Shown: in pieces, positions 43,542 through 56,520 of the stretch
Layout: each line of letters begins with the position of its first letter
Numbering within the stretch: position 1 is the first letter of the stretch
NCBI RefSeq assembly: GCF_009914755.1
Contig: NC_060925.1
Direction: 5' to 3' (one strand)
Source: the human T2T-CHM13v2.0 reference genome, Homo sapiens
DNA length: 64,000 nucleotides
The notes under the pieces: model-generated
The model's input: only the letters and a program-made list of their open reading frames with translations
What the model was told of the DNA's origin: nothing
Database searches by the model: none
Translations under genes and position numbers: made by a program

Positions 43542-45469
43542 GAAAAGAAAACTCTCAAATAAGTAGAACTATTATTTTGTTTTCCCTCCCCCCAATTTTT
43601 TATGTTTGTTTATTATACGATTTAGAAACCTCTAATTAGAGAAACCTCTAATTTTTAAAACAAACAAACATAAAGTTGATTACATTAGATTCTAAATAAC
43701 ATTTTTAAAAATGTTATTTGTCCAAAACAATAATTAGTTATTAATTGAACTATAATTATCACACAATATCATTTTTAAGCTGGTTAATTAACTCTTAGGA
43801 TGGGTGAAGAAAGAATTAAGAAGGAACGGAAGTGGCCTGAGTCATGAAGTTTAGATTATTCTGATTATTTTAATTCCTCAAAGAAACTTTTTCTGATTGA
43901 AATTTAGCCTTTAATAGATGGACTTTCTCATGCCAATCATGTATATCTCATCATAGGACAAATACTGCATTGCGGTTACCTGTTTACTCATGCATCTCTG
44001 GCCCCATGAGCTCTGTGGATTTCTTGGTACAATACGTATTTGTTGAATGGATAAATGGACTGATCAGTTCGTAAATTGAGCTAGACTGACAATTCAAAGA
44101 AGTCATATAAATTTGGAAAAGAAATTTTAGCCAGTTACAGAAATGTGACTCTTACCTCTATTTAATCTAGATTATTTAATCAACTTTATTTCATGTTTAC
44201 CCACCAACAAAGGAAATCACAGGAAAAACTATGATCTTTGCATTTGCTGTTATACTTTATTGGACACAGAAATAGCAATATTGTTTATTCCTTTTTAAAA
44301 TATACTCTGACAGTTAAAGATACTGAGAACACATACTTAAATTACTGTGACATTATATTATCATATTATAAATATATATTCATTATAATGTATTCTCAAG
44401 TCTTACTCATTTTTGAGGATTAATCTGAATATTACCTCAACATGTTCAGACTGATGATGGTGATTTATACATCATCCAACATACTAAAAACTTAGATATT
44501 CTAGTGAAAAAGAAAGAAAATTGTTTGATAAATAAGACTCTTACAAATTATGCTTGTTTAAATGCAGAAACACATTATTTAAAAGAAAATTAATCAAATA
44601 ATTGTGTGCACTTGAATAGTTGTATGCATCTTAGGCAATGGTCAATTTATTTTTAAAATAATTTTATTTCAACACAAATTATTTAATCTTTATTAAAAAT
44701 AAAGGAAAAAAACCTAAATATAAACTAACTAGTAATTCCACCTTCTTATGTTTAAAGCAATGATTAATTTGTCAACCAGATGCAACGCATTGAAACTCTA
44801 TGCTTCCCCAAAACATGGAAATATATTAATAAGGACTAATATACAATGAAGAAATTATCAAAGTATAAATTAATTCAACTTCTAAATGTGATAATAATTG
44901 TTCCAAGTGCATTAGTTTGATTTCATGGGATACATTTTCTTTTATCATTTCTCTGTTGGAACCATAAAGGTAGAAGTGTCAAGGTCAATTTTTACGTTTT
45001 TCATTTTGAAAGCATCCTTTTAAATCTTTATAAAGAAATCAGTATAAAATAAATATAAATAGCAGATGCGTAAGTGTAGATTGGGATAAATAAATCGTAT
45101 AAACCCCAAATAAAATAATGCAGAAAGAACATAAGTGGGTTTATTGAAGGAGTATTAGAATATAACTATTTGTATGCAGAAGTGGTCTGAGAAATCAGTT
45201 GAAAAGACAGAGGCATTAAAACTAGATTTAGGCAATTCAGTAGAATATCAAACTTAGTTGAAACAAAGTAGTTGAAGAAATAATATTTCATAAATGTGTT
45301 CTGACATTTTCTAATGAAGAAACGAGCAAGCATAAAAGAAAGAAACCTTACTATTAATCATGTATTTGAGTTGGCTTTTCTTTATAAATTATTAAATTTC
45401 CTTGAGTACTTCAAATGCTCTTTTTAAGGAATTATTATTTTTTGCATCATTTGTTTTATATTTTTCCAT

Positions 45470-46050
45470 AATTTTTTAAATTAATATTTTGTTAGAATTG
45501 TTTTCAGTTTACAAAAAACATGGATCAGAAAGTACAGAGTTACTATATACTCCCCCTACACACACACAATTTTTCTTATTAACATCTTATATAGTATATT
45601 TGTTAACATGAATGAACCAATATTGATAAATGATTTTTAACTAAAGTCCATAGTTTACGTTAGTGTTGTGTAGTTCTATGATTTTTGCCAAATGGATAAT
45701 GTCATGTATCCACCATTAGAGTATCATACAGAATATTTCTCTACTCTAAAGATTTCCTGTGCTTCACCTACTCATCTCTTCCTCTCCTCTACCCCTGTAA
45801 CCACTGATCTTTTTATGGTTTGTATAGTTTTGCCTTTTCCAAAATGTCATATAGTTGAAATCACACAGGATGTAGCCTTATCAGACTGGCTTATTTCACT
45901 TAGTGATATACATTTAAAGTTCTTCCATGAATTTTCATGGCTCCTTTCTTTTCATTGCTGAATAATCTTCCATATTCTGGATATACCACAGTTTGTCTCT
46001 CCATTCACTTATGAAGGAATATCTTGGTTGGTTCAATTTTTGTGAATCAC
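45470..46050 (-). mobile_element. Old L1MC/L1MD-like 3' fragment
   Basis: 'cagaaagtacagagtt', 'aactaaagtccatagtttac' and 'accactgatctttttatggtttgtatagttttgccttttccaaaatgtcatatagttg'. Confidence 0.8.
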
Positions 46051-46242
46051 TTTTAAAATACGAGACTATACTTGCATAGCCAAATCATGTATTGCCCCAG
46101 GAATTACCACAGGATAGAACTCTTTGATAATCTGAAGTAATCTTTCTTTTGTTTTTATTCTACTTATCTCTTTTCTCTTGCATGAAATTCAAAGGTAAAA
46201 AAATTTCTGTTAAGTAGCATCTCACTTTAAGCAACCTTAAAA

Positions 46243-46427
46243 TAGTGCTTCTTAAATGATGCTCCAAGTAGCATCTACATTAGAATCATCAGAGTTGCTT
46301 GTTAAAGTTCAGATTCCTGGGCTCTACTCTTGATGTACTGAATCAGAATTTCTGGGGATGGAGCCCAGGTTTCTATTTTTTTAAACAAAGCTCCTCATGT
46401 TGCCTACCCTCACTAAACTTTGAAAGC
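46243..46427. mobile_element. MER5-family hAT element
   Basis: 'agaatcatcagagttgcttgttaaagttcagattcctgggc...actgaatcagaatttctggggatggagcccagg'. Confidence 0.8.
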
Positions 46428-48104
46428 AGACTACTTTTGTAATCAAGTTGTGTTTTTGATAATGTATGATATAACATGCTTTCTCCACTTTTGGACGTCT
46501 CAGGACTGGGGAAAGTAGGATTCAACTTAGAGTATGTGGCCAACTCTTTATTAGAAAGAAGTACTTTTTACAGAAATGTACTGAGTATTAGGGAAAATAT
46601 TTTTTGATTCTATGTTGTTTCTTTCCAACATTCTTTGGAAAAGGAATGCAAGGATATTATCCTGGACCATTTACATTTCCAGCATTTCTTCATCAGGCTG
46701 AAGGTACCCAGAAAAAATTACTCTAGTACCTCAAACCATTACCTAGATCCACATTCTTAAGAAGGGCTTAGAGATAAATATTGTTTCTTTCAAACCAGGA
46801 AACTGTTATAGTTCAATAGTGGTTAATATTTTGGGTAATATTTTGAGTAATTTTCTGCATTTCTTATATTGCTATCGTTTCATTTTATTTCCAGCAAAAT
46901 GTATTGCATTAGAATGTGGGAGAATTCAACTGAGTTGCTGATTGGATTTTCAAACTCATCGCAGAAATCACACCTTTGAAAGCCAAAGCTTTCATTTGTA
47001 AAACCTAGGCTTTTTAAGAGAATAAAAGTATTCTTGAAAATCAAAAGGAAAAATTCTAAAAAGCAGTACATCAGACTTGTGTCCCAAGCAGGAAATTAGA
47101 AACACAGTGGAAGATGATGTAAGAGCTAATTTTTCCTCCATATGTGGAAAACATACATGTACACACACACACAGGGATGGAAGATCCGAGATATTAGAAA
47201 TAAGAAAAGAGATCAAGAAAAATATATTTAGTTGTCCTCTAGAAGGCTCCCATCTTTGTCCTTCTGGATTCAGAGTATAGAAACCATGATTATTTTAAGA
47301 AACTCTGAGAGGAGAAAGAGCTGGTGCATTATTTCCTAAAGTGTAGCCCTGGGAGATTGCAAGTCTTTTAAAGAAAGCTATCCAGTATGGTCTTCAAGAT
47401 AAGGAAGAAGAGATTAAGCAGGAAGGTCCCTGGACAAAACAAAGACTTTCCAAACTGAGAAAATGGGGGTCACAGAAGTGCTTAGAGAAAGCTGGTGGAA
47501 CTGAAGATGTCTGGTTTTCAAACAAGGAGAATGTAGAGTGTATGGACCAAGGTAACCAGATGCCACTGCAGTATAGCAAGTATCAACAGCTGTGGTAGGC
47601 ATGTACTGATAAGAAGGGAAAAGGAGAATATGTCCAGATGAGGACAAAAAGTGTCTATGAAGCCAGACACCTGATGCGCCAACTATATCTCATCAGTCTG
47701 GAAGCCTTACCTCTGAAACTTCTATTACTTTTGCTGAGCAAAAATATATGGTGAATCCTAACTTTGTCTAATCATTTATTCAAAAAGAGAGTTGTTTGAA
47801 CATTTAACTATAGAAAATATGAAATCTGTATCTGTTAAGTTAAAGCTATATCCTCTGGATGTGAATCTGAAGATTAAAATTTATACTTTCTAGGTATAAG
47901 AAGATTATCTGAAATAAATATATAGTGAAAAATTTAATGTTTTCTTTCTGGGTTTCCCATTTATTCTCCATCATAGACTGGGTTCTTTATATCAGTAGAA
48001 ATAGGCATACAATATGCATACAAAGAGAAATGTCCTAATAAAGTAAATGGAAGGTGCATGAAAGAGAAATTCTGGAAGACAAATCAATAATATTTAGCTT
48101 GGAT

Positions 48105-48290
48105 ATTAGAGTCACATGGTCAGAACTGATTCCAGACTTCCAACTTACTAGTAACTTTGTGTTTTCTCATCCATAATTTGTGAATAATATCTACCTAGCA
48201 GCACTGTATGTATGAGATTAAATAATGAGATATATGTAAAGCATGTAAACTAGGGTCTGACACATAGCAAATGCTCAATTTTCTTAATCT
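48105..48290 (+). mobile_element. MIR
   Basis: 'gagattaaataatgagatatatgtaaagcat...tctgacacatagcaaatgctcaa'. Confidence 0.65.
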
Positions 48291-48814
48291 TACTGTTCTT
48301 GTCATTTATTATTTTACGAATTGCTATTTGTAGAACTTAATGTTTTACATTCTGATCTATGATTCTTATGGTCGGAATAATCCACAATAGTATAAATCTT
48401 GGTCTATGTTGAGAATTTCTTCATACAAACATAATTATGTAGCTCTTATACAGGCCAAACCTGCATTCATTTCTATTAGTTATATGCTAGAGGTAATGAA
48501 TTTTTATTATTTATTTATGTATGTAGACACATTCTATTACCACTCTTTACCAACTGCCATTATTTTGGCTTAGGAGAAAATGATCTTGAAAACAGGTCTA
48601 TGTAGTTTTAACAGCTCTTTTGTGAACTTCGGATGTAACTGAATCATTTTCTAGATTTATCTGTTAAATAAATGGTCCATGAAAGTATGTATGGGTAGAT
48701 AATTGATGGAAGCAAATAATCCTATTGAAACATTTGCTATTTATTTTTGATACAGTTCTTTTAAACAGACTGATTAGTTCCCTTTATGATTTCACCCTCG
48801 AAAGCACACACGAT

Positions 48815-48972
48815 TTTGTTCTTTATCATTGTTGCATGACATTCCATTTGGCAGTTGGGCTTATTTTTAGCCAGACTATCAAAGTATTTTTCAACTGGAC
48901 TGTCACTGCACTTGAACTTGGAATCTTATAACTTGAAGAACTGCCCTGGAGAAAGGAAGAAACTTATAATAA
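48815..48972 (+). promoter_or_regulatory. TNNI3K: TNNI3K cardiac promoter and 5'UTR
   Basis: MEF2 consensus TTATTTTTAG (48861-48870); GATA sites TTATCA (48823-48828) and CTATCA (48876-48881); E-box CAGTTG (48852-48857). Two in-frame TAA codons directly precede the ATG. Confidence 0.7.
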
Positions 48973-49012
48973 ATGGGAAATTATAAATCTAGACCAACCC
49001 AAACTTGTACTG
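48973..49012 (+). CDS. TNNI3K: TNNI3K coding exon 1 (MGNYKSRPTQTCT)
   Basis: Recognised N-terminus of cardiac troponin I-interacting kinase; donor CTG|GTAATT; phase 1. Confidence 0.93.
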
Positions 49013-49594
49013 GTAATTATTCTAATTATTCTTATTTCCTTAAGTGTAATATGGTTCAATTATAGTTACTGATAACTAACAACTCATTGGAATATGTGTT
49101 AATTTGTATACGGAAGATAAGGCAGCATGTTATGTGAAAGTCTTTGAAAAACTATCTGAACTCAAATTATTTTTTTCTGAAGATCTTTATAGGAAACAAG
49201 AAATTTCTTACAAAAATATTATTTTAGTTCCTTGGTATAATGTTACAGAAAAAAATTTGGAATATTGCTGAATGTAGGGATTTTAGAATTATATCTTAAG
49301 TATCTAGTATTTAAAAACTAAAAACCGTCTTGCAACTAGAGATTGCTATAATTAAAATGCAATAAAATCAAATGAAATAAGTCAAATATATTTTTCTATG
49401 TAAATATATTATCCAATATCGAATGGGTTCTTCATTACTACAATTCAATATGATTGCATTTTAAATATAAACATCTGCATTTTAAACTCACAATCAGTAA
49501 TTTAAATTAAGTATTGTAGAATCTAGAATAAAAAACAGTTTTGATTACTTGTATGTTATGATCTGTGTCTACATTTTGCAAAACACAACTATGA

Positions 49595-49732
<138 letters not shown>

Positions 49733-51724
49733 TAAAGTTGTAAGAGTCATTATTTCTTTGTATAAGTGTCTTCAGTATTCACCTTAATTTTTAAAGTATC
49801 TGTATATTTTTTAAACCCGTAGAACCTCAGACATAAGCAGTCATGTTCTAAGCCTTAGGATGTCAGATTATCTCTCTTTGACCACTCATATAGCTCTCAA
49901 AATGCAAACATAACATCTCACCTCCTTAAAATATAAATTGTAATCTGCCATCATTAAAGTTTAAAAATAAAAACCTAAAGGCTAGCCTTTGAATGCAAGC
50001 TATTGTTGATCTCAGTAATCTTCTCAGGAATTAGATCATTCTTGTAAACCATGCCGGCAATGAAAAGCAAGATTTTTCTTCCCACATAGTGGTCGCATAT
50101 TGGCCACATTGTTCTCTTTGAACTATGACGGTAAGTCCAATTTTAACAAACCCTCTGGTCTCTTGACATTGAAAGGCTGTCCCTTAATGGAACTGAGTAT
50201 CATTCTGCCCCTGAACAATCATATAACAACATATAATATTGCCTTCAGGATTTCAGTAGATTTTGTTCCATGATAACAAGAGAAAAATAATCTAAGTGTC
50301 ACAACCTTGGAAGACACAAAATGTTCAGAAAAGAGGAGCAAGACCCTTATATACACAAAAAGCCTTCTGGTTAAATTGAATCTGACATTGAGAAACTAGA
50401 TGCCCATTAGAGGGTCAAGAAAGTTACCTGCCTGACTAAGGAAAAGTTCCATATAGGCCAATTAGCCATGTTCATTTATAGCTGTGTTATGTAATGCACT
50501 CATGGCAAAGAACTCCCTCTATTTTACTTAGAAAACAAGTGTAAAGCAATGACCAAATGACACATCTTTAAAATAAAATTTTAGATATAGTAAACATATA
50601 AATATCACATAATTGGCAAATAAAATCACCCATGTATAATATAGTTTATATGAAATTCGTCAATGGATGTAACAAGGCTTTCACAAGTGTTCAACTTATG
50701 GTTCAAAAAGTAGTTGGTTCTCTTTATAGTTTGGCCCAGGATGATGAACTCAACACTGACACTTGTGATGAGATACCACTGATCTGACTTTTGCAAGTAG
50801 TATCACATGTTGAGATATGGAACTACATTTGAAATTCCTGTAGAAATATGACTGGCATGTTAGTACAGTAGAATTATAAATATGTATTTGTTTTGTTGGA
50901 AAAGTATGAATATAGAAATTAATCATAAACATCTAGCTCTTATTGACTTAAATAAATATGCTAAATGAAATATGATTACATTGAAGAGATTTTCCTCAAC
51001 TTTTAAAGGTCAAAGCCTCAGTTATTTAGTATTATTTTTTAATTTAGAAAGTATTGAGCACATAGGTGAAGGCTAGCTTAAACTAGATGTATCCAAACCT
51101 GAATATTAGGATTAACAATGGATTTAAAATGTAGGTTCTTTCTGATACCACATCGACAACTACAAGCTGTTTTGACAACTGCTATAATGGACTTTTCCTG
51201 TGTTTCTACTAAATGCAACAAATGTGACCTTCTTTTTTCTGATTAGCATTGGGGGTGAGATGCAGGAATCTGTGTCAGGGAGCTTACAGTCCAGAATTTG
51301 TTGAGTGCCAGCTCGTATTCAAGTGTTGTTCTGGATACATCAAATACAAGACATTATTTAATCTATAGTCATATGTAGATTGTTGTCATTTCATGTGTGC
51401 CGAATAATATTAACTCCGGTGGATGATAAACTAAGGATTAGAGACAAGGCAGTGGGAGTTGTCAAGTCACATGGTCAGTAAATTCTGGAATGTGATTTGT
51501 GTCAAGGTCTGCCTGACTCCATAGATAGCGCTCTTCCTACCATACCCTGCTTACAAAAACAAGATTTAGGTCCTGATTTATTCATTGATTTTTGGAATCA
51601 TTGTAGATAAAAAGCATAGTTAAGTAAAGGTGTGTAGGCAAGAATGAATGAGTACCATAGAAAGTTTAGGAAAAGTGAGAAAAAATAATGTCTTCACCAT
51701 ATTATCTGACTTGAGTAAGAAAGC

Positions 51725-51965
51725 TATGTGAATCAATGTAAGAATTTTGGAGTCATACAAACATGGTTTTAAATACAGCTTCTTCTATTTATAAGCTGTA
51801 TATCCATGGATATGTTTTTTAATCTCCTTAATCCTCATTTTCATCTATAAAATGAGGTGAATAATAATCACCTCACAGGATATTTTCAAAATGAGGTAAA
51901 TTAAATACTAAGTACAGGGCCCAACCCATAGTAAGCATTGAGTAGTTGGAAATTTCTATTATCAT
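51725..51965 (+). mobile_element. MIR
   Basis: 'ttttggagtcatacaaacatggttttaaat...cctcattttcatctataaaatgaggtgaataataatcacctcacagg'. Confidence 0.75.
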
Positions 51966-54291
51966 GATTGATTGGATAAATAAGGACAGTTTGAAGGATA
52001 GAAGACTTATCATAAAGTGAGAGTAACAAATAGCTTATTAAAAGTTAGAAAGAGTGAAAGTTTTTATGAAGAGGATGATTTCAAAATTAAAAATGTAAAG
52101 TATTAGCACAATTTAGGAAGATGCCGAAATCTGAAATATAGCTTTTAATGATTTTGATTGAAAGGGATTTGAAGAATTTTGAGACTAGAGTATTAGAAGG
52201 CTAATCAAAATGGCTATCAAATTTACTGAGGATAATGGTGAGACATTTTTGGAGAGAAAGACCAATAGCCTGATGCTGATGACATTAAAGAAGCTACAGA
52301 ATGTGATGATAAGGAAGCTGAGGAGAGGATTATCCAGTCTAGAATGATGTTTCTGCAAGAACTAGGGGCCTCTTATGTTAATGGAGATGGAGACTGTAGT
52401 ACTTGCTAAAATTTTCGATTCCATGACTCCACCCTTTATCATGTGAATCAGAATCTCTGGAGATGTCTTCCAATAACCTGAATGTTTAACAAGCTCCCCA
52501 GATAAAACTATGCATAATAAAAATGATACTTCTAAAGTTTGAAAACTATACTTCTAGAAAGATATCCAAATTGCACTGAGAACTCTTTGCCTGAGGTGAT
52601 ATTAGTGAAGGGATGAGGAATATGGGAACAGAAAGTAAGCAACTGGTGTGGTCTAAAGAGAGTCAAGAGAATCAAAAACAAGCAAGCAAAAACAGAATAA
52701 TCTGCTTTTGTCTGATTTCGTCAAGGTAGAGAGCATAATCTGGGAGAAAAAAGTGAATTGCTTCCAGGGCAGAGTTCTAAGGATTTTCTTTTCTTTGGAA
52801 TAAAATGATGGATGAAAGAAAGAAAAGAATAGTGTGCTGAGAATGTAAATTGTCTTACTCACTCATTCACAAAATTTTAAAGGTAGTTGGGAAGATCAAA
52901 CCTAACACTGTATGAAATGACATTTAAATGAGTATCTAGAGCATTATAGGTGCTAAATAAATGTTAGAATCTCATTACTCACCCTTATTCATTTGTCTTA
53001 TAAAGAGCATTCCTGTGATAAACAATTATGTTATGTTGCCTGACATCAGCCTTTCTCTAAACATTTAGATAGCAAGGAGACTGTATACAATGCCCAAAAA
53101 GGAACATTTAAACTAGCATGAAACGTAAAGGATCACTGATGTAAACAGTTTTTCATTTGCTAACCAATTTCTTTATGGCATTCCCGGTAGATGCTAATTT
53201 CATTCATTATAAGAGATTTTTCACCACATAATACACCATTGCTCTATCAGCTCGAATACACAATCTTCCTGGCATAGCTTTTACCCACAACATAATAAAC
53301 AGCAATATAGTGCTAAATGTAAGACAGAAAGAGCTAAATAGTTATCCTGCTTATGCCAATTTATAGCAGCTTTGGAATGGGAGCTTGATGTGGGAGAGAG
53401 GGGAAATGGAAATGGAATGTTCTTTCATCTTCTGCTATAAAGTTGCATTCACTCATAACTTTGGACATTTGTTTAGGTAATGGATTGGTGACAGGAAGAA
53501 ATGAAGAAAAAGAGAAGGCAGGAGGAGAAAGAAAGACAGAAAGGGCACCTTAGAGTACCATTGTCTGATTATATCCTCCTCTGTGCTGCCTCTAATCTTT
53601 ATCAACATAACAGCACTTACTACATGGTGTTGTTTTTATCCATTTATAGGTCTATCTCCCCACTAGTATATGTGTTCATTAAAGGCAGCTTTTTTTCTTA
53701 TTTAGCCTTATTTATATTTGTACTTATTTGTAAAACAAACTAATAACTTAGGGCTTACCATATGCCAGAAATGCTTCTACGTATCTTTTTGTGCATCAGC
53801 TTATATAATCCTAATGGTGTATATGTAAAGTGCTTTAGCACAGTGTCTGGCACATGGCAAACCCTCAAAAATGTTAGTTAACACTTAATCATTATTGTTT
53901 ATGTTAACAACCCTCTGAAGTAAGTGTTGCAATTGCCATGTTATACCTGGAGAAAATGAGGCTAATCAAATTAAACTGGCTTGAACTAGATTAAACAATT
54001 TGTATGATTTACCTAGGATTGCATCCATCTTTATTTGATTTCAAAATGTATCATATTCATAATCTTGGTTATGAATATTATACAACCTTTTTGAAAAAAC
54101 TATGGAAGTGATGGCTCTCCACATGTGACTTCAAATGTTTTCAATTAAATTATTTTGTTTCAATAGTTTTTATCATAATAAATTTTAAGACTATGTTTTG
54201 CTAATTTCATTGTCAAGCCAAATTTGTATCTGCTTAATCTATAATATGAAATTTAAAACCATGAGAATACTCCAGAAAAGTTATAATTTTT

Positions 54292-55669
<1,378 letters not shown>

Positions 55670-56362
55670 CAGAAAAGTTGTAATTTTTAAACACTATGAC
55701 ATCAACATAATCCAAAACAACTTTTTTGGCATTGAGTAGATACATCTTGGTCAGTAATTACAGTGCCTCACTTTAAAATTGACTAGGTTTAATTATGTAC
55801 AAAAAAGTGGTCAAAAGAATGCTCTGTTCCATTAAATAGTCACAATGTATAGAGGAAATAAAAAAATGTTTTCTGAGATACACCTTTTTGTACCTTTTCT
55901 CTCTGAAAAGTTCATCTGAGGCCTGTTGCATTCCACTATACTCATCCTTAAAACAAAATATCTTCTAAAATTATTGCACTATAGCCAACTATGAAATTTG
56001 GCTATTATAAGATGAATAGCACTGGAAACTTTTCAAGCTGATCTTATTTAAGAGGAGTAGACCCTTTCTGTCAAACTACTAAGTAGGATATTGAAGGGGA
56101 AATGTCATCTTATAATTAACATAGAATGAAAATATTATTTGGCATGTTTGGTAGTGTGTTTTGCCAATTAGCCACAAAACAAAAAATAAGAATCGTCAAC
56201 AACAAAAAAAACCCTCAAATCCAAAAGGAAACAAAGAATTCATAATGCCCTAAGTCAGTCTATTTCTCTAATTCTTTTCTTGTTTGTCCAGGTAAAACTA
56301 GTTAAGAACCATAATTTTACAGGAATATCTTGTGAAATCATTGAGAAGCAACTTGACCTCAA

Positions 56363-56520
56363 TCTCTCTCTGCCTCTCTCTCTCTATCTCTCCCTATTGT
56401 TCTCCCTCTCCTTCTCCATCTGTAGCTCGCTATCTTTCTATCATTTTCTCTCCCCCTTACCCTTCATCTCTTCTTCTTTTCCATCCTGTACCTCCATGAT
56501 TCCTTCTTTCCTATCCCTGT
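56363..56520. repeat. CT-rich low-complexity tract
   Basis: Directly visible polypyrimidine and (CT)n sequence. Confidence 0.8.
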
